Positions 12,656 to 24,059 of a stretch of 64,000 bases of DNA are shown here, one piece after another. The DNA comes from Macrostomum lignano (lineage: Eukaryota). The position numbers were made by a program, and so were the translations under genes. The stretch lies in the NCBI GenBank assembly GCA_002269645.1, contig NIVC01000181.1, positions 585,693 to 649,692 on the forward strand. Direction: 5' to 3'. The notes below the pieces were generated by a model that made no database searches, was not told the DNA's origin, and saw nothing but the letters and a program-made list of their open reading frames with translations. How positions within the stretch are numbered: position 1 is the first letter of the stretch; each line of letters starts with the position of its first letter.

Positions 12656-13399
12656 ACAACATCGTAAATCGAAATCGCTTCAAGAATCGGAAGATTACGA
12701 CAACTCACAGCTGACCGGACTTTGATCTCTGACTCGGAACCACCCAATTCTGAATGGTAAACTTGAAATCTACTCGGCTCTTATTCGCTGATCAGTTTTA
12801 TTATCTGACAAATACAACAGCATCGTCCAATTAGGCACCCAGTACAACGATAAGATTTTTGTTGTTAAGCTGCGTAAATTTCTTTGTAAGTTGGAAGTCA
12901 TAATGGGGAGAAATTTTAAATACATTTAATTAATGATCTTAAAATATGACAGCAAAAATAGCTGTTTCGAAGGAGCGACTTTTCCAAAGGCGGCTGCTGC
13001 TCGCAAAGACTGGCCGCTTGTCCGCCCGGCCTGAATTTCCCCAAATTGACCTGCGTTCTACAGGTTCGCATGTTTCATAGTGTGCTGGTGGGTGGCTTGC
13101 AAAAGTAGCTGCTCTTAAATTAAGAGCAGTTTCGGAGTCAAATTGTGGTGGATGAGACCTATATGCGCGTCAATATGGTCAGCCAATGTCGTTTTTTCTG
13201 TGCCTTGTTGCACTGTACCGATATTTTCACCCGCATACAATAGAAGCATTTACTGCTCGTTATTCCAAATATTACAATGGACATTTGGATTCAAAACATT
13301 CAGCACCAGGTGTATTTGTTGATACTAGCTTAGCTAAAGAACACCAAAAAGTAAATGAACAAAAAAGCAACAATCAATAAAAACTTAACTACACTCTTA

Positions 13400-13401
13400 A
13401 C

Positions 13402-13433
<32 letters not shown>

Positions 13434-13880
13434 ATCGTTTCCGGTGATCTTGTGTGCGTGCTTTCAGCGTGATTGGCTGCGGCAAGCAAGCTCGAAAGAG
13501 CTCGCTTCGCTCGCTCTTTCTCGCTATCTACCATCTATTGCCAGGACCTGCACCGGAGCGGTTACGAAAATTAGATTTCTCGGTAGTTGCTCGCACTCTT
13601 TTGCACTACTTGAGTAGTCTGATTTTCGTTCGGCATGGCTGGTTCCAGCAGGTAGTTCCTCTGGATAAAAGCGCTTACCGCGCCCATTGGCTTTCCAGCT
13701 GCCTTAATCGTTTCCGGTGATCTTGTGTGCGCGCTTTTAGCGTGATTGGCTGCGGCAAGCAAGCTCGAAAGACCTCGCTTCGCTCGCTCTTTCTCGCTAT
13801 CTACTATCTATCTATCTATCTATCTATCTATGTATATATAGGCATAAAGATACAGCAGATAGATATATACCTATCTATCT
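13400..13880. repeat. Two ~100 bp direct repeats embedded in (ATCT)n microsatellites
   Basis: AATCGTTTCCGGTGATCTTGTGTGCG...CTCGCTCTTTCTCGCTATCTA at about 13433-13530 and 13706-13805, with ATCT runs at both outer ends. Confidence 0.8.
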
Positions 13881-14307
13881 GAGTTCTCAGCTGAGTTTCG
13901 AGTGCCTAGAGTTAATTTTTGCACTAGACAATTGGGCAAATGAATTTTGATGCAGAGTCCCGTCAGCCTCAATAAAGAGACTTCGATATACGATTTGTCA
14001 TGAAAGCGACTAAAAAGTATCTGAATGAAGATGCATTTACAAGTCCTTTACTTCACGGCTCGCAACTTGAAGATATATACAAAGCCCAACAAAACAAACA
14101 GTATAGTTTCTTTGCGAGCCTATTTATATGGTACTTGTTGGTATATTTAATAAAACTCGCCAGTGAATGAACACTGAGTACACTACACCTCTACCATTTA
14201 GAAATTGGGGGGGGGGGTTGGAGTCAGAGTTCAGAGTCCGGTCGGCTGGGAGTTTTGAGTGCGAGTCCCTTAATCTTCGATAAAGCGACTTCGATGTACG
14301 ATTTTGT

Positions 14308-14498
14308 TTATTTACCAGGTAAATGAAAGCGGAATTTCTTCTTGAGCTTCGGGAACTACTCATCCGGTTTCCCGGAAGCGTCCATCTCGGAGGATCATTC
14401 TTCGACTCACGTTCACCCTTGTCGTCCTCCTCCTGGGAAGGCTCGGCGACGGTCAGGGCTGCGAACAGCAGAAGTCCGAGGGCGAGCTACCACTTTAT
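14308..14498 (-). pseudogene. Prepropeptide pseudogene copy 6 (type B)
   Basis: Start ATG changed to ATA (14496-14498), Gln4 codon changed to TAG (14487-14489), a frameshift in the spacer and a second TAG before FPK. C-terminus reads FRFHLPGK; the upstream E-box/TATA segment is missing. Confidence 0.85.
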
Positions 14499-15578
14499 GT
14501 TCGCTTGAGTCGAGTCGAGTCAAGCCTGAGCTTGTTGTTTGTCTCTTTATGTTTCATAGCAAAGCCAAATGGCGCTATCGATCGACTGTGGAGAAAAAAA
14601 TGCGCGAAATCGGGATATCTAAAGTACAGACTGTTGCACTATGGCCATTACCATGAATTCTCACTTTCAGACAACCCTCCATTAGAAAAGTTTATTTAGT
14701 CCCTTTGTAGCTTAGCCAGATCCCTCGGAGGTAAGTGAGATGATTTGGTCTACGATATGGTTTGGTATATCCAGATTATGTCCATCTCGCAGCACCTCAA
14801 CAAGTTTACACGCTACAATGAGTTCATGACTGTTTAGCACAAATTTGTTCTATTTCATCCAATGGTGAAAGCCCAGTGGTGTCGCAATGATTTAAAAGTG
14901 ATCTGAAAAAGAAAATTCTGACAGGTTGGTGTCGGAAAACGGTGGCAAGTCGGCTGTTTTCGCTCTGAGCGTTGGTAGATGGAACGAGGCGATGTAAGAA
15001 TATAAGCTGCAAATGGCGCGCTACCACGCATTTCTCGCCCCGTGTCTGGTTCTTCCGCATTTTCTGCCTGGTCGAGTAAGAAATCAAATCTAAGAAATTG
15101 TAAATAGCATCTGACAAGTTGAGATCTTCAATTGGAAACTGCACAAATCGACAACAAGTAGCCGAGTCGATCGATCTGTAGAAATCCCGATTTCGCGAAT
15201 TTCTTCTCTACAGTTGAGAAGAATTACTATGCTATTACTATTACTATTACTATGCTAATGATATGGAGTAAATACAGTGCAGTGTAGAGCGGTGCATAGG
15301 ATACATTCTCACTGAGAACACGCTAAAGCGGTACTCGTTTGATTGCTCAGGTGTCAACGTGCAAATATACGCTTCATAGTATTCGTTCAAAGCAACGCCT
15401 GTCTCAGCTCTCGCGAAAGCCTTCACCTCAAACATCGTCGCTAGACGGACCGGAAACACGTGCCGATCCGATGCGTATAAATTCGAGGCTGCCGACTGCA
15501 CAATACAACAAGCTCAGACTCGACTCAGTCTACGCACAGCTCGAAGAATCAAAGCAACTCGACTCGACTCAAGCAACC

Positions 15579-15761
15579 ATGAAGTGGCAACTGGTTCTCG
15601 GACTTCTGGTTTTCGCAGCTCTGGCCGTCGCCCAGCCCTCGGAGGCCAAGGCTGAAAGTGAGTCGAAGGAGGATCCGTCCGACTCGGACGATTCCAAGAT
15701 GTCGGAGGAGCAGTTCCCGAAGCTGAGGAAGAAGGGCTTCCACGTTCATTTTCATGGTTAG
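15579..15761 (+). CDS. His-rich secreted prepropeptide copy 7 (type A)
   Basis: ATG at 15579 within ORF 15339..15761; intact 60 aa. Confidence 0.9.
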   Translation: MKWQLVLGLLVFAALAVAQPSEAKAESESKEDPSDSDDSKMSEEQFPKLRKKGFHVHFHG

Positions 15762-17199
15762 ATGAGCCACATCGCACATCGAATTTGCTTCATCGATCGG
15801 AAGATTAAGACAAGTCACAGCTGACGGACTTCGAACTTTAATTTGAAACCGCTCAATTCGGAATGGTAAACGTAAAATTAACACAAGCCCTTATTCGCTG
15901 ATCAGTTTTACCAAATATAACAACAAGCAGTATCTAATTTGGCACCCAATGCAATTATAATATTTGTATTGCTGAGCTTTGTGAATTTATTTATGCGGAG
16001 GACTAGTAGATACATCTACTTGCATATAATGATATTTTTCATGAAACTCGGCGAAACTGTGCTGGTTAAATATTATAGCTTAGAACTCTTGATTAATGTA
16101 TTCTTTTCTGCCGAATTTTTAATTTAGGATAAGTTCACGAAATAATAGGCGAACGACATTTTTTAAATGATCATTTTCTTTTTTGGGGCGATTTGTAATA
16201 GGCGAACGACATTTTTTAAATGGTCATTTTCTTTTTTGGGGCGATTTGTACGAGCTAAGTCGTCACCAATATGTGACTAAATATGGTATGCTGTAACTAA
16301 CTTCAGAGTTGACAGAATGTTCTCTTGTTCTGGGGCTTGGTTAATCGTTAACTACTAAATTTGATAGCCGATTTATGAAACCTTCGATGTATGAAGCCAT
16401 CATGGAATAGGGTTCGTTTCATAGGAAAATTTTAAGTGACAAGTGAATATTTGATGAGTGGCTGCTGTTGTTTTATCATGCAAGAACCCTTTCTGCAGAA
16501 CTAATGTATCTTTTTATGTCTTTGGCTGGAATGACCTTTCTGTTGAGTCGACGCAAAAGTAATTAGAGCTCACCAAGGATTATTCATCCATGGAGCTCAC
16601 TTAAAAAAAGTAAATAAAATAGGAAGAGCTGAAGAGCTCTGAAGTACGTAGTGCGCACATTGCAAAAAATGAAGTCAGAACTTTTTGAAGCAATATTGTC
16701 TAACAACTTTGCAAGCCTAGAAGCCAGCTTTGTATCTAATCCATGTATTGCCAATCGCATCGACACACACTTACCTGCACCTCACAGCAAGTACATTGAA
16801 GACCTTTGAACCCAACTTATAACAGTCGCGTTGCAAGATGAACTCTGCATCCAGTTCACCTGCACGATCATCAGTGGATCCCAATAAAGTAGCGGGTCCT
16901 CCGGTTGTTTTACGAAGACGGCAGGTCTGCCGGATAGTGCGGCGCAAGTCGTCGGCCAGACAAATCGACGGACTGAGGGAGCAGTATTGTAGGTATCGAG
17001 AAACTGGAAGCTTCTAGCAACCTGCCATGCGGTCTAGATAGATTCGAGGTGGCAGTAGCCTTCTACAACTGGGACTCAGTTGGAAAAGCACAAGTAACGC
17101 TAATGCGACTTTCATTAAAGTGTAATGACTAATGATTAATTTGTGGCTGAGATAGAGGCTTTCTCATTCTTAGTCGCCACAGATTATGAATAACGCTTC

Positions 17200-17800
17200 T
17201 AAGCTTGACGGCCTTGCGAAAATTAAGGTTGGAGTTTTCAAATACGGCTCAGTGAGAACAAAAAATCGGAATAAGAATACAAGACTTAAGAACTTTCAGT
17301 GTGGTTCGATGCGCGACAAATTTCCTGTCTAGTGATGGAAGAAACTTGCCGAGATTTTGGGAAGCTGTACCACTTCCAGAAAGTGTGCCGGTCACAGAGC
17401 GGCCGTTTAAAGCCAAGAAGGCGCCAATCATCATTAAATTTCTCGAATTCCACTAGAAGCCCAAGTGCAAGTTGAGAACCGGCCAACGGGACGTTCCTCA
17501 TTGGCACTATAGAAAGCACTTCACCTATAAACTTCACGTTGAACTTCGTCTATAAGGAGAAAACTAAAGCATTTGAGTGCCAGGTCGACACGGGTGAAGC
17601 TGTGTCAGCCACGTCAAATTGCTCATGGCTTGAGATCGGATGTCAAAAATTGCAACAGAATGAGACCAAGCAGCTGAGTTATGTTGACTCGCATTCATTT
17701 CAAAACCTAGAACGATTCAATGGCACTGTGTCTCATGAGTACTGCCATTTTATACTCGTAATTGTACAACCGCTCATTACGATTTCCTGAGCTTATTTGA
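17200..17800 (+). mobile_element. Decayed Ty3/Gypsy gag-protease fragment
   Basis: Degenerate zinc knuckle CRDFGKLYHFQKVCRS near 17350-17395, followed by an aspartic-protease-like VDTG motif in ORF 17539..17790; stops and frameshifts present. Confidence 0.5.
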
Positions 17801-18120
17801 AATTGTGAAATTCAGTGAAAGGAAAAAATGACCAATAAGTACTCAACCAGTTTCTTCGCATTAACACGTTCCCTGTGACGATTAACCGGCAGACTCGAAA
17901 TTAACTGACGAAGACAAATACAGCAGAGGCAAATTTTTTAGCGGTAGCACTTGATGATAGTAGCGAATGATGCGGGCGGTGGCTGCAGTTCTCATTTATT
18001 GTAACCGTATAAGTGGATAGTTAGGGCTCGTTATTATCAATTCCGTCTGGGTAGTTAATAGAGATGGGCCGGAGTATTTGCTGAATCCGTAAGGAATGCA
18101 CTGGGCGGCTACACAACAAG

Positions 18121-18504
18121 ATAGATGATAGATGATTTATTATTTTTCTATTAGAGGCAGGGGGGTTGTGTGCACCCTGGCGCACTTTAAGCGACATTGG
18201 CACACAACCGGCGAGAGGCATTACTGCCCATTCCGCCGACTCCCCTGGGCAGGCATACAAGCGCGCGGATACGTACGCAGGCACACACTCACACAGGAGT
18301 GTACAGCGGCCCTAACTTTATATTATCGTTAGGCATGTACACTTCACTGCGCCTTGGGGGGTTGGCTCTCAAGGCCGTTAATTGCACGAGCAGAGCCAAG
18401 CCGAGATTCCAATTCAGCCCCAAATTAATGTGGCTTCACTTGGAATCGAGCCTGGGTCGCTGGCACACTAGAGCAGCTGCGCTACCGCTGGGCTACGGCC
18501 CCCC
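18121..18504 (-). mobile_element. tRNA-derived SINE
   Basis: Minus-strand head GGGGGGCCGTAGCCCAGCGGTAGCGC...CCAGGCTCGATTCC has Pol III A-box (TAGCCCAGCGG) and B-box (GGCTCGATTCC) motifs and an ATCATCT-type tail. 12-bp direct repeat GATAGATGATAG at 18120-18131 and 18509-18520. Confidence 0.7.
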
Positions 18505-19404
18505 TGATGATAGATGATAGAGCGAGTCGATGAGCCTGAGGCAAAGGCGACGATGTGATAACAGTGATCGTGTGGTTGCGGTGCTCGTAGCGAGAACCCT
18601 TTATAGACGGTAGTGGTGGCGTGGTCGAGAATTGACGGTGGCGGTGGCGTGACTGAGACTTGGCAGAGGCGTGCTTTAGAATTGTGGCGGAGCGAGGCGG
18701 AGAGAGAAGACGGGTAAACAAGCAACGAGGGGTGTGAAAAACAAGGGTCGCAAAACAAGGGGCTATACCGGGCGCCCCAACCAGACAGGACTGATAAAGA
18801 GCGGGCTGGGGTTGGGTGCGCGGGGAGAGCTTAATTTCAGGCTAGCATAATTTATGCGCGGCTTTTCTATTGGCCGGCGAGTAAAACCAACTTGAAAACA
18901 GAAATTATCGATCGCATTGTACATAGGCTTTACAAACGCACGCAATGTTGTTTAAATTTCTTTGGACATTACTTTAAGCAGACGTTAGAGTACGAGACCA
19001 TTAAATAACCAATATTATAGATTGGCACTGCTCTCGCTAAAACAGCCCTTGTCGGGGCTACCTCAACTGACAACGTCACATTCCCCAATGCTAAAAAGTT
19101 TTTGCTAAATTTCATACGACAAATGTTTATCGGCATCAAGATGCATCTACAACGTCTCCACATGACGACTCTGTGTGGAGACTATGACGCCAAACAACAC
19201 AGGCATTATAGTTGCATTGGGTGTCTAATTAATTCTTTCTGGTTGTTATATTTGGTAAAACTGATCAGTGAATAAGTATTGCGTAGATTTCACGTTTTCC
19301 ATTCAGAATTGGGCGGTTCCGAGTCAATTTGCAAAGTCCGGTCAGCTGTGAGTTGTCTTAATCTTCCGATCGATAAAGCGATTTCGATGTGCGATGTGGC
19401 TCAT

Positions 19405-19587
19405 CTAACCATGAAAATGAACGTGGAAGCCCTTCTTCCTCAGCTTCGGGAACTGCTCCTCCGACAGCTTGGAATCGTCCGAGTCGGACGGATCCTCCTT
19501 CGACTCGCTTTCGGCCTTGGCCTCCGAGGGCTCGACAACGACCAGGGCTGCGAAAACCAGAAGTCCGAGAACCAGTTGCCACTTCAT
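19405..19587 (-). CDS. His-rich secreted prepropeptide copy 8 (type A)
   Basis: Intact 60 aa ORF; protein identical to copy 1. Confidence 0.9.
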   Translation of the reverse strand: MKWQLVLGLLVFAALVVVEPSEAKAESESKEDPSDSDDSKLSEEQFPKLRKKGFHVHFHG

Positions 19588-20939
19588 GATTGCTTGAGTC
19601 GAGTCGATTCTTAGAGTTGTGTGTAGATTGAGTCGAGTCTGAGCTTGTTGTGTTGAGCAGTCGGCAGCTGCAAATTTATATGCATCGGATCGGCACGTGT
19701 TTCCGGTCCGTCGAGTGGTGTTGTTTGAGCTGAATGCTTTCGCGTGAGCAGAGATAGGCGTTGCTTTAAGCGAATATCATGTAGCGTTTGTTTGCTTGTT
19801 GACACCCGAACAGTCAAACAAGTACCGCTCAAGCATTTTCTTAGAGCAGGACACTGCAGGTATTCTCGTATTCGTTTCACTAAATATGAATGAGACTTTT
19901 GATGTGGAAAAACTGTCGTACTTCATCTAGGAGAAGAATCCCGGTAGAGACAGTGCATGTAAAAAAAAGAAAGAGAACAATATTCGTAAGATTAAGGAGT
20001 AAAAGCGTTGTATGTTGAGGGGGTTGTTAACTTAAATGTTTCACTCCCCCTCTTCTTATGCATATTCTTCTTTTTGAGTCTTGAAGTTTCTTCTTCTTGA
20101 TTTTTTTAGTTTCTTCTGCCTGTTAGGCTCCATTAATTGGTGAAATAAGACCGTTTGCATCTAATGACCCGATCAGCACAGTGATTAGAACTGTGATGAC
20201 CGGAAACACAATTTTTAGGTAGTTTAGCGATTCCTAGTTTTATTTAATCGGAATGAGGCGAAGCATACTTTTGTGACTATGTACTTTTTTTCTTGAATGG
20301 GTTATAATATTTTTTCTGAACTTGAAGGTCTTTTGCCTGGGATTTTTCAAATCCTAGTGCTTAAGTGGTAGCTTTTTTAAGTGGGCACCTTTGTTGTGTC
20401 ATGATATTACGATATATCACATGGTAAAGATATAAGTTTTAATCAATTTAACAAGTTTTCATACTAGGCAAGTGCCGTATAAGTCCGTCTTTCAGCAACT
20501 CACTCAATTAGTTTACTCAGTACATGTTCGAAACTGTTTAGCACAAATTTGTTCAATCTCATTTAACTGGAAAGCCCAGAAGAGTCGCGATGAGTTTAAA
20601 ATTTTTAGAAAGGGTGAAAAATGCTGTCGAAATAAACACGGCGGTAGCAAGTCGGAAGTTGTCGATTTGCGCGTTGGTAGATTAAACGAGCCGAAGTCAG
20701 AATATAAGCTTGCGAATGGCATGCTTCCACGCATTTCCAGCCTGTGTGTGGATTCTCGTCATTTTATGCTTTGTTCGATCAAACCAAATTGGCTACTGAA
20801 ATCTAAGCAGTTCGAAATCTAACCAGAAAAGTTAGAAACTACTATTAGAAACTGCAGAAATCGACACTCAGTGATCGGAACAACAATCTGTAAATATTCC
20901 CATGTCGTGGAATTTATTCTCCACTGCTGACAAATACAG

Positions 20940-21002
20940 ATGTCGGAGGAGCAGTTCCCGAAGCTGAGGAAGAAGGGCTTCCACGTTCATTTTCATGGTT
21001 AG
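20940..21002 (+). pseudogene. 5'-deleted prepropeptide copy 9 (type A C-terminus only)
   Basis: Only MSEEQFPKLRKKGFHVHFHG plus the normal 3' flank remains, joined directly to the far-upstream flank. Promoter, signal peptide and most of the spacer are absent. Confidence 0.85.
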
Positions 21003-21350
21003 ATGAGCCACATCGCACATCGAAATCGCTTCATCGATCGGAAGATTAAGGCAACTCACAGCTGGCCGGACTTTGAACTTTGACTCGGAACTGCCCAATT
21101 CTAAACGATAAACGTAATATTTGCCCGTATTTGCTGGTTAATTTTAAGAAATATAACAACCAGAACAGTATATTAGCTACCCAATGAAGCTATAATCTTT
21201 GTGTTTTTGAGCTTTGCTAATTTCTTCGAGTTGCGATTCATTCGGAGATTTTTTATACAAATTTACTTACGGATAACGTTTGGTCGCTTTCATGAGATAT
21301 TGTGCATCGAATTCCATTTATCGAAGCTCACTGGACTCTGAAATCTAACA

Positions 21351-21687
<337 letters not shown>

Positions 21688-21689
21688 AT

Positions 21690-22120
21690 TGCCGGGGGCG
21701 ATTCGCTGTTTAGTTTTACCAAATGTAACAACAATTGCAATTTAATTAGGCACCCAATGCAACTAGTCTCAGCCATTTGATCGACTTCCTCGCAGGCCTC
21801 AATCGGACGCTTATTCGTGAATTCCTGCAGGTGCAGATCAAGGGTAGCTTTATAGGCTTCCAATCAGTGTTGCGGACGTTACGCCTCCAAGTACTCAAGG
21901 ACTGGAGCTTAGTGTCGATGGAGCAGAGGTCAGACAGGGGGTTCCTTCGATTAGACCTCCTCCAGTTCCATATTTCAGCCATTGGTGCAGCTAGGGCCAC
22001 AAATTCAAGTCAGAGTAAGCCAGAACTTACCGTTTCGCATCCAAGGGTTCATGGATCAAGATAAGGACTGGCCTGGACAACTGACCATCTTCATCAAATT
22101 TACTGACGCAAGTGCACAAC
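21690..22120 (-). mobile_element. Internally deleted LINE ORF2 remnant
   Basis: Similar to 47480-47640 (YKATLDLHLQE linker) joined to sequence similar to the APE start at 48100-48220. Confidence 0.5.
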
Positions 22121-22600
22121 CCCTTACGGCTTATTTGGCCACATGTCGGTGACAGTTACGAATCGCCCAAGAAATCATAATTGAACAGCGAAGTTAAAAT
22201 TAGCTATTGAATAATTGTAAAATCTTCCTTTAAGTTGGTTAGGTATCTTCAATTATAAACTTCGATGAAATTGAAAGAATAAGCCATAACTTTGGAACAC
22301 ATCTTATCGAATCCACAAGTTTTCGTTGAATTTTATTCGCGACATCATTATCCGCAAGTCAATAAATCTATGCAAGTCCTTTTAAAAAAGAAATTCACAA
22401 AGCTGATCAGACGCATATTTTAGTTGCTTTATTGCTGGTTGTTATATTTGGTAAAACTGATCAGAGTATAAGGACTGAGCAGATTTCACGTATACCATTC
22501 AGAATTGGACGGTTCCTAGTCAAAGTTCAAAGTCCGGCCAGCTGTGAGTTGCCTTAATCTTCCGATTCATGAAGCGACTTCGATGTGCGATGTGGCTCAT

Positions 22601-22783
22601 CTAACCATGAAAATGAACGTGGAAGCCCTTCTTCCTCAGCTTCGGGAACTGCTCCTCCGACAGCTTGGAATCGTCCGAGTCGGACGGATCCTCCTTCGAC
22701 TCGCTTTCGGCCTTGGCCTCCGAGGGCTCGACAACGACCAGGGCTGCGAGCACCAGAAGTCCGAGAACCAGTTGCCACTTCAT
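22601..22783 (-). CDS. His-rich secreted prepropeptide copy 10 (type A)
   Basis: ATG at 22783 within ORF 22601..22939; intact 60 aa. Confidence 0.9.
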   Translation of the reverse strand: MKWQLVLGLLVLAALVVVEPSEAKAESESKEDPSDSDDSKLSEEQFPKLRKKGFHVHFHG

Positions 22784-24059
22784 GATTGCTTGAGTCGAGT
22801 CGATTCTTCGAGCTGTGTGTAGGTTGAGTCGAGTCTGAGCTTGTTGTGTTGAGCAGTTGGCAGCCTCGAATTTATACGCATCGGATCGGCACGTGTTTCC
22901 GGTCCGTCTAGCGACGCTGTTGGAGTTGAAGGCTTTCACGTGAGCAGAGACAGGCGTTGCTTTAAGCGAATATCATGTAGCGTTTATTTGCTTGTTGACA
23001 CCAGAGCAATCAAACAAGTACCGCTCTAGCTTTTTTTCAGTGCTAATGGATCATACATCGACACCGCCCTGCACTGCACTGCACGCTCTTTTTTCAGACT
23101 CTAAATCAGTTGCATAGTGACTACTTATCGACTGTGGAGGCAAAAAGTGCGAAATCGGGAAATTTGAGATATATCGAGATATAACGAGATTTTTCTTTGG
23201 GCCACTTCGTGTCGCTTTCTTAACTTTCGATTCTAGTTCTCAACTTGTCAGATGCTATTTAGAACTCCTTATATTTAATTCCTCACCCTTACTGCAGCGG
23301 ATTATGAGAGCTGATTTCGACTAATCGAACAAAGCAGAAAATGGGGAAGAATTAGTCACATGCATGGCAGCGAGCCATTTGTCTGCATATATTCTGAACT
23401 GACCTTCTTTCGTTCCATCTACCGAGGGCAGAGCGACAACTGCCGACTTGCTACGGCTGTGTTTTCTTCAAGATCAATCTGTCTGAATGAATACTATTAA
23501 ATAATTGCAACGCCATCAGGTTCTCATTGAAGACTTCTTTGAATGAGGTCGACAAGATTTGTAATAAACAGTTCAGAACCCGCTGTAGTGAGTAAAGTAG
23601 TTGAAGTGCTGTGAGTTTGACATAATCTGGAGTTGCCTGATTTACCAAACCTCATTGCTGATTAAATCGGTCTCAGTTTTCTTTGAACGATCTTGCTAAG
23701 ATGGCAAGGGACTTAATAAATTTTACTTCTGTCAAAACATTTGATAGAAGATATAATACTCTTGATTAGCGGGCAGAAATCCCGAGAAATCTCCGAAGAA
23801 GCTCGCAAGTTTAGAGTTACGATTGTGTTAAAAGGCTAGCGGGCAAATAAAACCACTCAAAAGCGTACGGCACGAAAACCCTGCTAAAAGTATGACGATT
23901 TTTGCCTCATTAGCCACGAGTTTCCATAGACATGGAACTAATATAAGTAATATTCAACTTAAACCCCAAGACTGCGGATGGCCTGCTCTGCAGGTCATGG
24001 TCTCATATCTATGGTCTGCGGCTCAATTTGCTGCTGATTTGTGAAAACATGTCTAACGA

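Noticed and set aside
23060-23090. Metal-response-element-like TGCRCNC heptamers upstream of some copies (also near 9735 and 49895)
   Set aside because: They lie in a variable (CAGTG)n-like tract and are not conserved across copies, so they do not support metal regulation.
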